A stretch of DNA of 64,000 nt. It comes from an uncultured Candidatus Saccharibacteria bacterium. GTDB lineage: Bacteria > Patescibacteriota > Minisyncoccia > Phycocordibacterales > UBA12088. The position numbers and the translations under genes are program-made. Location of the stretch: positions 129,960-193,959 of the forward strand of contig CAYPKR010000002.1 in NCBI GenBank assembly GCA_964411375.1. Direction: 5' to 3'. Below are positions 36,483 to 46,755 of this stretch, in pieces; positions within the stretch are counted from its first letter, which is position 1, and every line of letters begins with the position of its first letter. Under the pieces are notes generated by a model. It did no database searches and was not told the DNA's origin. It saw nothing but the letters and a program-made list of their open reading frames with translations.

Positions 36483-39400
36483 TTATTCTGCAGGAGTAGT
36501 GCTTGCTTCTGGAGCCGGATCTGGTTCTTCGGCTGAAGGTGTTGAAGTTGAAGTGGTAGTCGTCACATCCGGAGTAACAGATTCAGTAGTCGTAGCTTCT
36601 TTTGGTGCAGGTTCATGTATCGGAGCTGATGCTCCCCCGATATTTGCATTTCGAAGCAGTGTTTCAAGCTTTTCTTTAGTCAAGCAAACTCCGTCAACAC
36701 AAATCTGCTTTCCTGCTGATACTTCATCGTCTGCTTCAATTTTTTTCGCATGCAAATTATCAACGACGATTGTTTTTGCCAATACCGTATCGAATGTGGC
36801 TTTCAAAGTATCGCCGACTGCCGATACGCCCGAACCAATGAGTGAAGTGATTTGTTCTTGTTGATGTTTGAACGCGCCAAGAAGTACGACTGCGAGATCT
36901 TCGTAACGAACACCGCGCGGCGCGCCATCCTCTTCGCGGAAAATTAATCTTCCATCAACCGCCCCAACTTCTTCTGCAACCAATCCGATGCGATCTTCTT
37001 CGGTGCCGTTGTATTTGAAATGAACGGGACGAAGTTTTTCGGCAAGCGTTGCTGCTTCTTCGGGCGTGAAATCTTGAATGTCATGTTTGAACCTCGCCGA
37101 TGAGACGGTACAGGTTTGTGCACCAGAGTTTACCTGCACTTCTTTGTCAGAAGACAAACAAAGCGCGCTACCGCTCGTTGATTCTGCCGTAAGCCCATCA
37201 AATCCAACCGTTCCGGTGACTGAAAGAAAACGCCATGGACTGGTAGATGCGATGCCGAATTTTCCGCCAGAAGTGAGCGCGGCTTTTGATGTTTGGTTGG
37301 TAATGAAGCGAAGATCGTGATTGGTCATCGTTCCTACAAACGCTTGTGTATCTTCAACGCGCATATCGATAACGGCGCCATTCGTAGTATCCGTAAATCG
37401 AAATCCTGGGCTGTTTGCACTCGCGCCGTTAATCATGCGGTTCATAGTGGTCGTGCCGATTCCAATACTTCCGGTTGAATCAATCGTCAAAATATCTCCA
37501 ACCGACTGACTATACGTCGATTTGATTCTGAAATAATCTGCGGTCTGACTTGTTGCGCCAGTTACGGTGAGCACTGATGCTGCGGCATCAGTGCCGACCA
37601 CCTGGAGTTTTGATGTTGGTGTCGTGGTTCCAACCCCAACATTCCCTGCTGTGTATACGAGACTTGAAGAAGTTGCAATCCATTTATCATTGAAGATTGA
37701 ATCCGCGACAATGTTGTAGCCGGTCTTCATGAGCGTATCTTCGGCGATAATGAAGCGATCGTTATTGCCGCCATTCGAATACGGCTGATCGACGCCCCAC
37801 AACTGACCGTTCACTGACACATAGGTCGCTTTTTCAACTCGAATACCAACCGATGGCGCGGGTGTTCCGGTTCCATCATCGTCAACGCCGGGAATTTCAG
37901 AAAGATTAGTGATCACAACCGGCGCGACTTTTGCAGTTGGCGAGCCAATGATTGCGATTCCGGCATACGGCGTTTCTGTGCCGCCGCCGTCGTTCGCACC
38001 ATCGCGGCGAAGCAAAAGTCCGTCAAACGTAATAGTAGTCGTTCCTGTTGCCGAAATGCGTACGCCGTGACGATCGTTTCGGTCGGTTGAAAAACCGCTA
38101 ATTTGGAATCCGCCGTTGCTTGATGAGCCGTCAATGTAGAGTCCTTCGAGTGTATTGAATACTGCGCGGCTGTTTGAGAGCTTCGTTTCTCCCATCGACG
38201 TGAAATAAAATCCGCGCTGTGCGCCGCCGACAACCAGAATGTCGTTCAGATATGAGTCAGTGAGCGCGGTCGCGCGAACGCCGTGGAGTGCCGGACTATA
38301 AATACTCAAGTGATCGACCGTAAATCCGCGTGGATTCCCCGTTCCCGCGCCTTGCGCAGTATGGAACGCATCTCCTGAGGTTTGCGAGATATCAGTATCT
38401 TCAACCTTCCAGTCACGGACCAATCCTTCAAAATAAATCCCGTCGATTGCCGTGCCATATGAGTTACCGTCGATTGAAATATTCCGAATGCGTCCGCCGT
38501 CGTTTGACGCTGCTTCTCCTGAAATGCTTTTATCGCGCACATGAATGATTGCGGATCCGACGAAACTGGTTGTCGGCTTGATGGAACTCCTCGGCGTTGA
38601 TGCATAGTACCAACGCGGCGCGTAGGTTCCCTGAAGCGTGATTGGTTTATCGAGATTGAGTGGCTGGCTGATTCGGAACACGCCCATCGGAAAGAGAACG
38701 GTTCCTCCAGGAGAACATGCATTGATCGCCGCCGTGATCGCTGCATAATTGTCGCGTGAATTATCACCGACGGCGCCATATGCTTCGACGTTGCAGACAA
38801 CGCCACCGGTATCCAGAAAAAGACCGGTTGTTGTGCCAAACGAGGCATATTTAAGTACGCTCAAATTATGTTCAATCGTTGTTGTTCCTGAACTTCCACC
38901 AAAGAGTGCCGTCCCCGCAACAGAGAGAATTGCACTCGGCGTTGTTGTACCAATACCAACTTTTCCAGTCAGTCGATATACATCCGAACCACTTCCCGTC
39001 CAATTTCCCGAAGCTCCTGAACTTAGGATTGATCCATTCCAATACAAATCAGAATTGTTGTTATACAAACGATTAGATGTTTGCGAAGGTGTGCCGGAAA
39101 GAAGAAGTAATGAACTTGCGAACGTCGTTTCACCGTTCATTGTTGCAGATTCCAAAATATTATCTTCGTTTGCTGGGATAAATGCCGTGACCACCCCACC
39201 ACGAACCGCGGAGAGAATATTTGCAACAAATGATTTTGTTTCTTCGATTTTTTTATCTACGAGAGATTCGGAAACCCCTTCAGTATAAATATTATTTATG
39301 ACCGACGCTGGAGTTTTTTCGGTCGGAACGTACACCGTGACGGTTTTTGTTGGTGTCGGTACGGAAGTAGATTCCGTCGGCGGATTGTTTGCGACCGGTG

Positions 39401-39662
39401 TATTGATAGGTGCGGCTGGAGGAGAATTTGTTTCAGTGACTGGCGGAGTATTTTGCGGCGAAGATACTTCCGACGTTGGAGTCGGGGTTTCGACTTTTGG
39501 CGCACAAAATCCTAAAGGCTTTAAAACAAATCCAAACACATAACACATGAAGCCAGGTGAAGAATCCTTTGCAGCTACTGGATGCGGAAAAAGAAATAGC
39601 GTAAGTACCAGACACACGGCTGCAACAGACAAAAGTCCAGGACTATGTGGCCCCTTATTCAT
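36483..39662 (-). CDS. Secreted tailspike-like protein: pectate-lyase-like beta-helix, VGIGTTTP repeats and peptidase-S74 chaperone
   Basis: Signal/TM; NVEAYGAVGD..AAITAAIN; VGIGTTTP-like repeats; SSARFKHDI..LRPVHFKY..GLVAEEV..GVRYEDL. Confidence 0.87.
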   Translation of the reverse strand: MNKGPHSPGLLSVAAVCLVLTLFLFPHPVAAKDSSPGFMCYVFGFVLKPLGFCAPKVETPTPTSEVSSPQNTPPVTETNSPPAAPINTPVANNPPTESTSVPTPTKTVTVYVPTEKTPASVINNIYTEGVSESLVDKKIEETKSFVANILSAVRGGVVTAFIPANEDNILESATMNGETTFASSLLLLSGTPSQTSNRLYNNNSDLYWNGSILSSGASGNWTGSGSDVYRLTGKVGIGTTTPSAILSVAGTALFGGSSGTTTIEHNLSVLKYASFGTTTGLFLDTGGVVCNVEAYGAVGDNSRDNYAAITAAINACSPGGTVLFPMGVFRISQPLNLDKPITLQGTYAPRWYYASTPRSSIKPTTSFVGSAIIHVRDKSISGEAASNDGGRIRNISIDGNSYGTAIDGIYFEGLVRDWKVEDTDISQTSGDAFHTAQGAGTGNPRGFTVDHLSIYSPALHGVRATALTDSYLNDILVVGGAQRGFYFTSMGETKLSNSRAVFNTLEGLYIDGSSSNGGFQISGFSTDRNDRHGVRISATGTTTITFDGLLLRRDGANDGGGTETPYAGIAIIGSPTAKVAPVVITNLSEIPGVDDDGTGTPAPSVGIRVEKATYVSVNGQLWGVDQPYSNGGNNDRFIIAEDTLMKTGYNIVADSIFNDKWIATSSSLVYTAGNVGVGTTTPTSKLQVVGTDAAASVLTVTGATSQTADYFRIKSTYSQSVGDILTIDSTGSIGIGTTTMNRMINGASANSPGFRFTDTTNGAVIDMRVEDTQAFVGTMTNHDLRFITNQTSKAALTSGGKFGIASTSPWRFLSVTGTVGFDGLTAESTSGSALCLSSDKEVQVNSGAQTCTVSSARFKHDIQDFTPEEAATLAEKLRPVHFKYNGTEEDRIGLVAEEVGAVDGRLIFREEDGAPRGVRYEDLAVVLLGAFKHQQEQITSLIGSGVSAVGDTLKATFDTVLAKTIVVDNLHAKKIEADDEVSAGKQICVDGVCLTKEKLETLLRNANIGGASAPIHEPAPKEATTTESVTPDVTTTTSTSTPSAEEPDPAPEASTTPAE

Positions 39663-39752
39663 TCAATATATGATAGCAATCGAACGAATAAGCACCAACA
39701 TACATTTCCTTAAGGCTTCATCAAAAACTCGACCGAAAGGAGTATTTAAATT

Positions 39753-40145
39753 ATGCTGATCGACAGACAACTCGAACGGAGAGCGCCTATGCGAAGAAAA
39801 ATGATCCGATCGATCGAGAAATTGGTTGTCCATATGGACATTTCCTCCGCCTTTGCATTCGCGTACTTTTTCTTTGTCGGAACGACGGTATGGTTGTATT
39901 TGCTACGGGTCAGCCCTAACCTTCCTCATTCTTCTCATTCGATCCAAGGAATAATGGAAAGAATCTACGTAGGAACTCCACTCACCTATCTGTATCCAAT
40001 AGTGATTGGATCTATGGTTGCGATCTTGGTCTGTATTATTACGCTTGCAGTGATCTTTATTTTTCAGACGACACCTATTCCTCCACCACCGAAAATGCCG
40101 AAACTGCCGCCCACCAATTTTAGGGCGGCAGTTTTTTATTGTTGA
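39753..40145 (+). CDS. Orphan 2-TM protein with a Pro-rich tail
   Basis: AAAGGAG SD; two hydrophobic segments. Confidence 0.55.
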   Translation: MLIDRQLERRAPMRRKMIRSIEKLVVHMDISSAFAFAYFFFVGTTVWLYLLRVSPNLPHSSHSIQGIMERIYVGTPLTYLYPIVIGSMVAILVCIITLAVIFIFQTTPIPPPPKMPKLPPTNFRAAVFYC

Positions 40146-42053
40146 TTACGAGAGTTCTTTAAGGAGATCAGTGAGTTTGATCGTTGCAACACCTACCACT
40201 GAATCGCCGCCGCCATAATATACGTACACAACTCCTTTTCGGATGATTGCGCCGCACGGGAAAACCACATGCGGAATTTGTCCTTCATGTTCGTATTGTT
40301 CAGTTGGCTCAAACAAGGGAGAAACGGTGCGAGAAAGGACGGTTGTCGGATCTTTGAGATCAAGGAGCACCGCACCAACACGATACGTCTTATTTTTTGA
40401 AACGCCGTGATAGAGAAGAATCCATCCGTCTTTAGTTTTGAGCGGTGGCGCAGCAATACCCACTTTCTGACTGTCCCACATGCCAGGGCGAGGGGCGAGA
40501 AGCTGGATGCAACGAGATGCTTTATCGATTTCAAAATTAAGCGAATCAAGAAAGTCTGCGCACACATGTGTTCCAAGGCGATGGAGAATCATATACTTCC
40601 CTTTTACTTTTTCGGGAAGTAAACAGGTGTCTTTGTCGTCGAGTCCAGTTGGGGTGACGATAACCGGCTTTGACCAATTTTGCCATTGTTGTTTTTCAAA
40701 ATCGGCCACTGAAATTGAGGTCGCGGCAACAACTGGCGGACGAACACCATCGTACGCGGTGTAACACATATATATACGATCTCCGATTTGCGTGAGCCGC
40801 GGGTCCTCACATCCTGAATTTCCATTAGGATCTCCCTTTTTCATTTCAAAATCTTCGCGCGGAACATATATCGGATCGGTGCCACGTGTCTTGATCGAGA
40901 GTCCATCTTTCGATGCGGCATAACCAATGGTTGAAGTATTATCTTCAGACATTGCGCGATATAGAATGTGCACCACTCCACCAAGATCAATTGCGGCAGG
41001 ATTAAATACCGCACGGGACTCCCATCCGTGACTCCGTATCGGACGAAGTATCGGATTTTTTGGATACCGCTTCATATTTTTGAAGCGTGTTTTCAAATTG
41101 AGATTTGCAATGAGGCTCGAAAGATTTACGGTTGCTCTTGCACACGTCGTGTCGGTTGCACCGTAATAAATATCGAGATCATTTCGATTTACCAAGGCAC
41201 CAGATGGAAAAATAGTATTCGGCACTTGTCCGTATTTTTCATAGACTTCTTCAGGAACAAGAAGCGGTCCCGGAGTGCGTCCGATTATTTTTTGTGGATT
41301 TTTCAGATCAAGAAGAAGCGCTTCAATTCCCCAGACTTTTTCGTTCGAGAAATAATTTTGGGCATGCGAATAAATAAGGAGCCAACCTTGCTTAGTTTTG
41401 ATCGGCGGTACACCAACTTCCGCATGATCACCATCACCTCGGCGTGGATCGATGATATGTTTTCCTTCCGTTTTTTCCCACTCTCTCCAAAACTCCGGCG
41501 ACCAGAAGTCTTCGATCTTTTTAGCTGATGCGAATGCGATTTTGGAGGGCGGCCTATCAGTATCTTTTGCAAAAATCACCATATACTTGCCGTCCACTTT
41601 TTCAGGGAAAAGCGCCATCGCCTTTGCATTAAACGGCGTCACCAAATGTTTTTCGGTGACTTTTTTCAAATCCTTGGTTATTGCAACTGCTACTTTAATA
41701 TTGTCTGGTCCATACGGAAAACCACCAAGCGCCGTATAAAAAATATAATAGGTGTCGCCAATCTTCGTGACGCGAGGATCTTCACAACCAAAACGCTCCC
41801 ATGGCTGTTCGGGAATAATGAATTGCTCGCGATGATCAAAATGTTTGCCGTCATCCGATACCGCATGTCCAATAGTGGAAAGGGCCAAATGCACTCCTTC
41901 GTATTGATCTGATGCAGACATTGCGCGATAAAACGCATGGATCTTTTTTCCAACCTTAACTGGTGACCAATTAAATGTCGCGAGCGCTTCCCACGGATGT
42001 TCTCCGAGCGGCCGGATCAAAGGATTGTGCGAATCTCGTTTAATGATAAACAT
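40146..42053 (-). CDS. Tandem double GH130 (beta-mannoside phosphorylase-like) protein
   Basis: Two copies each of FNxxxV/FNPAA, YRAMS, GCEDPR and IYYG/VYYG. Confidence 0.92.
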   Translation of the reverse strand: MFIIKRDSHNPLIRPLGEHPWEALATFNWSPVKVGKKIHAFYRAMSASDQYEGVHLALSTIGHAVSDDGKHFDHREQFIIPEQPWERFGCEDPRVTKIGDTYYIFYTALGGFPYGPDNIKVAVAITKDLKKVTEKHLVTPFNAKAMALFPEKVDGKYMVIFAKDTDRPPSKIAFASAKKIEDFWSPEFWREWEKTEGKHIIDPRRGDGDHAEVGVPPIKTKQGWLLIYSHAQNYFSNEKVWGIEALLLDLKNPQKIIGRTPGPLLVPEEVYEKYGQVPNTIFPSGALVNRNDLDIYYGATDTTCARATVNLSSLIANLNLKTRFKNMKRYPKNPILRPIRSHGWESRAVFNPAAIDLGGVVHILYRAMSEDNTSTIGYAASKDGLSIKTRGTDPIYVPREDFEMKKGDPNGNSGCEDPRLTQIGDRIYMCYTAYDGVRPPVVAATSISVADFEKQQWQNWSKPVIVTPTGLDDKDTCLLPEKVKGKYMILHRLGTHVCADFLDSLNFEIDKASRCIQLLAPRPGMWDSQKVGIAAPPLKTKDGWILLYHGVSKNKTYRVGAVLLDLKDPTTVLSRTVSPLFEPTEQYEHEGQIPHVVFPCGAIIRKGVVYVYYGGGDSVVGVATIKLTDLLKELS

Positions 42054-42054
42054 A

Positions 42055-43878
42055 CTATTTTCTGACGGTTACTTTTTCAGGATGTAAGTGCACCACGCTA
42101 TCTTTCTTTACATTGTCGATAAATTCATCAAGTGGCGTATGCGCGACACACGTCACCATATCCGCTCCTCCATAATATATGTAGAGTTGATTTTTGATAA
42201 CGGCAGCACCGCATGGATAAATGACGCCCCATTTGTGTCCCTGATTTTCGTATTCCGCGTCTGGAACGGCGATCGGGAGACGCGCACGGTACAAGACTTT
42301 TGTTGGATCATTTGAATCCAAAATCATCGCACCCATTTTGTAGCGTCCCGGATCACGATCATCAACACCCTGATACACCACGAGCCATCCTGCTTCAGTT
42401 TTGAGAGGTGGCGGACCGACACCAAGTTTTCTACTGTCCCAAAAACTTGGGCGTGGTTTTATTTTTGCGTCCCCTCGAAGCCAACGCTGTTTTTTGAATT
42501 CAAGATCTGGGACAAAATCGATGAGCATGTTCGGAAAAATGCGATGAAAAATAACATACTTGCCGTTTACTTTTTCTGGAAAAAGTGCTGCGTTCTTATT
42601 CACTTGATCAGGGCGTGAAATGAGAAGTGGCTTCTTCCACTTCCAGTTCCCCGCCTTAAAATTATCGAAAGAAATTGACGTAATGGCGACGCGCGGCGCA
42701 GACCATCCGTCATAGGCAACGTAAGTCATGTAGACGGTGTCATCAATCAAAGTGATTCGAGGATCTTCACAACCACCCCATCCGCCACCACCCGACGTAA
42801 ATTCATCGTTACCTTCGTATGGCAAGCCATGCACCATTTCGGTCGGCGTGCGAGATGAATAAATGGGATGAGTTAATCGTTCAGAAAAATTGAGCCCGTC
42901 GTCCGACGTTGCATAGCCAACAGACGACATATTGTTCCAACCGATTGCGCGATACAAAAGATGTACTTTTTCACCGTCAAAAAGTGCCGCGGGATTGAAT
43001 GTTGCGACTGATTCCCAATGACTCGGCTTTGGCGAAAGTACTGGATTCACGTGATGCGCTTTCGTGAGTCCGGAAATACCGATACTCATATGACCATGGA
43101 AAGGTTGCGGAATTTTTACCGTATGCAGTTCCTTATTTTGATCGAGCCAGTAGAGGCGAATTTCTTCACCAAGTCCGATCGCTCCAAACGGCGTTGCCAC
43201 TCCCGCAAACTCTTCTTCGAAGACGAGCGATTCACCGCTCCAGGCAATCTCTGCCGGATTATCATGACGGAATAAAAATCCTTCGATGCGAAGTAGGGTG
43301 CCGGAAGCAGTTGCTTTTGAACGATCAACAAGAAGCAAAATGCCCGCGTGCGTATTCACCGCTCCCCACAAACGACCAGATGGAATCCCGAGTTTTGATT
43401 TGCTCCATTTACGAAGGTCTTTGCTGTAGGCAACATACATCTCACTCCCACCAAGATAGAGCACATGTTTGTCTTTAAATCTGAATCCATCAACCCATGC
43501 GATATCAGGATTTCCCGACATAATTTTTCCCTTGCCGCGACTCGAAACAAGCGTCTTTGAGATAGCGCCAACAGTGCTAATTGTTTTTCCTTTTCGTCTC
43601 GAGTAGATAAGAAATTCTCCTTCGTCTACCGGATATGCCGAAGCGCGCACGATCATGTCGACCGCTTCTGTCGATCCACGCTCGGTGAGCATCTTCAGTT
43701 TTTTCCGCGGACGATCAAAACGTACCCCGTCATTACTTTTTTGTATGAAAATTTCCGGCTCGCCTTTTGCGTTTACCTCACGGTATACAAGAAAAAGACT
43801 TCGTCCATGAAAACCGACACCCAGGGGTTCGTGTCCTGTTTCACCTTTTTTTTGCCGCTTTCCCCTGCCTATTGGCAT
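42055..43878 (-). CDS. GH130 protein with a degenerate N-terminal domain
   Basis: C-terminal FNPAA, YRAIG, GCEDPR, KNAALFP and YYGGAD motifs. Confidence 0.9.
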   Translation of the reverse strand: MPIGRGKRQKKGETGHEPLGVGFHGRSLFLVYREVNAKGEPEIFIQKSNDGVRFDRPRKKLKMLTERGSTEAVDMIVRASAYPVDEGEFLIYSRRKGKTISTVGAISKTLVSSRGKGKIMSGNPDIAWVDGFRFKDKHVLYLGGSEMYVAYSKDLRKWSKSKLGIPSGRLWGAVNTHAGILLLVDRSKATASGTLLRIEGFLFRHDNPAEIAWSGESLVFEEEFAGVATPFGAIGLGEEIRLYWLDQNKELHTVKIPQPFHGHMSIGISGLTKAHHVNPVLSPKPSHWESVATFNPAALFDGEKVHLLYRAIGWNNMSSVGYATSDDGLNFSERLTHPIYSSRTPTEMVHGLPYEGNDEFTSGGGGWGGCEDPRITLIDDTVYMTYVAYDGWSAPRVAITSISFDNFKAGNWKWKKPLLISRPDQVNKNAALFPEKVNGKYVIFHRIFPNMLIDFVPDLEFKKQRWLRGDAKIKPRPSFWDSRKLGVGPPPLKTEAGWLVVYQGVDDRDPGRYKMGAMILDSNDPTKVLYRARLPIAVPDAEYENQGHKWGVIYPCGAAVIKNQLYIYYGGADMVTCVAHTPLDEFIDNVKKDSVVHLHPEKVTVRK

Positions 43879-43891
43879 ACTTCTTTCAAAA

Positions 43892-44254
43892 TTACCTCTT
43901 CTTCACCTTTGTCGGAGCTCTGCCGTATTTATCGGCAAGACGCGTGATGTCATTTTCATCAAACGCACCAAATGCGATTTCCAAAAATGCCGCTCCGTCT
44001 TTTCCCGCTTTAATTCGATGTTGTTTTTTCTTCGGAATCAAAAATTCGTCTCCCGCTCGTGCACGTGTCACCTTCTCGCCAATCGTCACTGTTGGATGTC
44101 CCGAAATGATCCGCCAAAATTCGCTTCGATCGTTATGATATTGCAGTGACAACTCACCGCCCGGCGCTATGGTAATTATTTTTACTGTCGATTGTTCGTT
44201 TGCCGTAAATTGGCGAAAAGCGCCCCACGGACGCTTCACTTCTTTGATGCGCAT
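43892..44254 (-). CDS. Mannose-6-phosphate isomerase type II C-terminal cupin
   Basis: RPWG, LSLQYH..RSEFW and DENDITRLADKYGR motifs. Confidence 0.92.
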   Translation of the reverse strand: MRIKEVKRPWGAFRQFTANEQSTVKIITIAPGGELSLQYHNDRSEFWRIISGHPTVTIGEKVTRARAGDEFLIPKKKQHRIKAGKDGAAFLEIAFGAFDENDITRLADKYGRAPTKVKKR

Positions 44255-44284
44255 ATTCAAATTATAGCACTCTTCTCGGAGTAA

Positions 44285-45040
44285 TTAGGCAACCTCACCT
44301 GTGAGTATTCGCCGAATCAAATCTCTCGTTTCAGCGGGGCTCCGAACGGCTACTGTTTTGATGCCCGTTTTAAGAACTGCCGCATCGTTTCCCCCTTCAA
44401 AGAGTGCGTCACCGATATACTCCGCGTCCCAAACGGTGTATCCGAGCTGATCCAGGATTTTTTGGAGCCCGTAGGCTTTATCAATGCCCGCCTTGGTTAT
44501 ATCGATGGTCGTCGTACCGCCGATGTGCACTTCAAAATTTGGAAGTCGTTCGCGTAATTCTTCCTGAATCGGAATACGCTTCCTTCGGTCGGGATCCCAT
44601 TTCTCTTTTTCAAAGAGTGGAGCCTCTTGTCCAAGTGCCGAAAAAGTTATCTGCGTTCCACGATCTTCGATTTGTTCACCATAAATTTGAAGCGGCTGTT
44701 CAAACTTTGCCGCAATCAGAGATTCTTTAATTGCCTGAATTGCAGATTCCTTCTCTTCACTTGAAAGTGTTTCTTCGTAGATTTTTTCTGGATCGACATT
44801 TGCGTAGTGATAGAGTGCTGCTCCGCTCGTTGGAAGAAGATAGAGATTTTGTCGCTCATGATCTCCGCATGGTAAATGCATAATAAGTCGATCGTGGAGT
44901 TGCCCCATTGAGGCGCCACTCATCACGGCAACTTTTGTCTTCGCAAGCAATTGGCACACAAGCGAGGCAGTTTCTTCTTCGATTGGAAATCTGGATGGTG
45001 CAAGCGTTCCATCAAGGTCAAAAACGTACAATTTCTTCAT
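44285..45040 (-). CDS. HAD-IIB phosphomannomutase (eukaryote-type PMM)
   Basis: FDLDGTLA, IEDRGTQITFS, IGGTTTID, DKAYGL and GDALFEGGND motifs. Confidence 0.9.
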   Translation of the reverse strand: MKKLYVFDLDGTLAPSRFPIEEETASLVCQLLAKTKVAVMSGASMGQLHDRLIMHLPCGDHERQNLYLLPTSGAALYHYANVDPEKIYEETLSSEEKESAIQAIKESLIAAKFEQPLQIYGEQIEDRGTQITFSALGQEAPLFEKEKWDPDRRKRIPIQEELRERLPNFEVHIGGTTTIDITKAGIDKAYGLQKILDQLGYTVWDAEYIGDALFEGGNDAAVLKTGIKTVAVRSPAETRDLIRRILTGEVA

Positions 45041-45212
45041 GATAGAAATCAGTATATCACTTACTGAGGAGGGTTCAGGGCGGGTGGACAAATGCATCCT
45101 TCTGTGCTATACATACCGCATCAAAACGATAGGTCTTGCAACGGGAAAATAGGTTGAATTTTCTTCGGAGGACGCGATGTTTTGAAGAATTTATTCAATT
45201 TATCTTGCCGAA

Positions 45213-45455
45213 ATGACAGGAACAATTGCTCGCATGTTCAACGACAAGGGTTATGGCTTCATCAAGCGTGATGACGGTCAGAAAGACCTCTTCTTCCACG
45301 CAAAGGAATTGAAGGGTGTTACCTTTGAAGAACTTCGCGAAGGCGATGCGCTCACGTTCGAAGTAGGTCACAACGATAAGGGTGACCACGCAACGAACAT
45401 CCGCTCTGCAAAGGGTGGTGCTTCAAACGATGAGTCAATGGACATGGCAGCATAA
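45213..45455 (+). CDS. Cold-shock domain protein
   Basis: RNP1 KGYGFI and RNP2 DLFFH. Confidence 0.95.
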   Translation: MTGTIARMFNDKGYGFIKRDDGQKDLFFHAKELKGVTFEELREGDALTFEVGHNDKGDHATNIRSAKGGASNDESMDMAA

Positions 45456-45475
45456 GGTAACCCCTTAGCCATTCC

Positions 45476-45511
45476 AACAAAAATACCCCGCAAGGGGTAT
45501 TTTTGTTTTTT
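45476..45511. terminator. Bidirectional intrinsic terminator
   Basis: AACAAAAATACCCC-GCAA-GGGGTATTTTTGTT between convergent genes. Confidence 0.9.
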
Positions 45512-45515
45512 CAGA

Positions 45516-46151
45516 TTATCGCGGTGATGGATTTTCGCTGCTGTCGATTACAAATGATATTTTTTTCAAAATATCATTGAAGTCCGAGCGAATAGTGTCA
45601 CTTGGCGAATTGTAGGTAACACTAAACATATACGCAAAATCACCGTCTACTATGACCGTGCTCTCCCCTTCGTAAAGTCCGCTCCACGAAAACTGGAACG
45701 CGTCATGTGCCGCAACAAATGATTTGATACTTTGTCCATCATTTTTTCGAATCGAATAATTCGATGTCGTTGCATTTTTCATTACCCAATCGGAAGGAGA
45801 TAAATGTTTTGGATTTGCATATACAGTAAGAGAAATTGTGGCGGGACCATCTCTCGGTGGCTGATCCGTATCAGAGAGATGATGATTTTCTGGAATATCT
45901 TCAAGAAGCGTTACCGTGTACGGAAGCGTTTCGGATACCGAAGTAGTAGCAAAGTACGTAGCCGAATATTGAAACATAATATGGAAGCGATCGAGAGATA
46001 TGGTCTCCAAATCATCTGATGGAGATTCAACGGCGGGAGTTGGAGTAGAAGGTACCTTCTCTCCATGCGGTAAAATCCAAACGAGTCCGAGTCCAAGGAG
46101 ACAGAGGAGCGCGAAGAGCAGTGTGTATATGTTGTGTGACGATTGGCGCAT
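45516..46151 (-). CDS. Membrane-anchored PsbP-like hypothetical protein
   Basis: N-terminal TM; ends in a PsbP-like FNDILKKISF. Confidence 0.65.
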   Translation of the reverse strand: MRQSSHNIYTLLFALLCLLGLGLVWILPHGEKVPSTPTPAVESPSDDLETISLDRFHIMFQYSATYFATTSVSETLPYTVTLLEDIPENHHLSDTDQPPRDGPATISLTVYANPKHLSPSDWVMKNATTSNYSIRKNDGQSIKSFVAAHDAFQFSWSGLYEGESTVIVDGDFAYMFSVTYNSPSDTIRSDFNDILKKISFVIDSSENPSPR

Positions 46152-46190
46152 TTCCCTATGGTATACTATTCACATATATTTACGAAAATT

Positions 46191-46751
46191 ATGAAGAAAG
46201 GAACACTCATTCTAATCGTACTTATCGCTATTATCGGTGTTGGATTTCTTTTTTATAACGAAGCAAAAGCGCCCAGTGACGATCAAAACATGCCAACAAC
46301 GACTGGGCAGGTTTCGGCTACTACATTTGACGAATGCGTAACTGCAGGTGGTCAAATTCAAGAAAGTAATCCGCGTCGTTGCGCAATAGGTGGCGTTTCA
46401 TTTACTGAAGATCTTGGGAATGTTCCTGACAAAAGCAATTTAATCACCGTTACTGACCTCGCACCGAATCAAAAAATAAAAAGCCCACTCACGGTTCACG
46501 GTAAGGCACGTGGTACTTGGTTTTTTGAAGCAAGCTTCCCTGTTCGTGTTGCGGATGCAGATGGAAACATACTCGGATCCGGAGTTGCTGAAGCGAATGG
46601 CGATTGGATGACAGAAGATTTTGTACCGTTTACGGTTAAGGTTACTTTCACCAAGCCAGCGACAAAAGAAGGTTCTGTTACTTTCCTCAAAGATAATCCA
46701 TCGGGTCTTCCAGAAAATGAAGACGCGTTAGTTGTGCCGGTACAGTTCTAA
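46191..46751 (+). CDS. Gmad2 Ig-like domain protein
   Basis: FDECVTAGGQIQESNPRRC, ARGTWFFEASFPV, WMTEDFVPF and KDNPSGLPE motifs. Confidence 0.88.
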   Translation: MKKGTLILIVLIAIIGVGFLFYNEAKAPSDDQNMPTTTGQVSATTFDECVTAGGQIQESNPRRCAIGGVSFTEDLGNVPDKSNLITVTDLAPNQKIKSPLTVHGKARGTWFFEASFPVRVADADGNILGSGVAEANGDWMTEDFVPFTVKVTFTKPATKEGSVTFLKDNPSGLPENEDALVVPVQF

Positions 46752-46755
46752 GTAC

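Noticed and set aside
36483-39662. Prophage suggested by the tail-fibre chaperone domain
   Set aside because: No capsid, terminase or portal genes are present, and the protein has a signal peptide.
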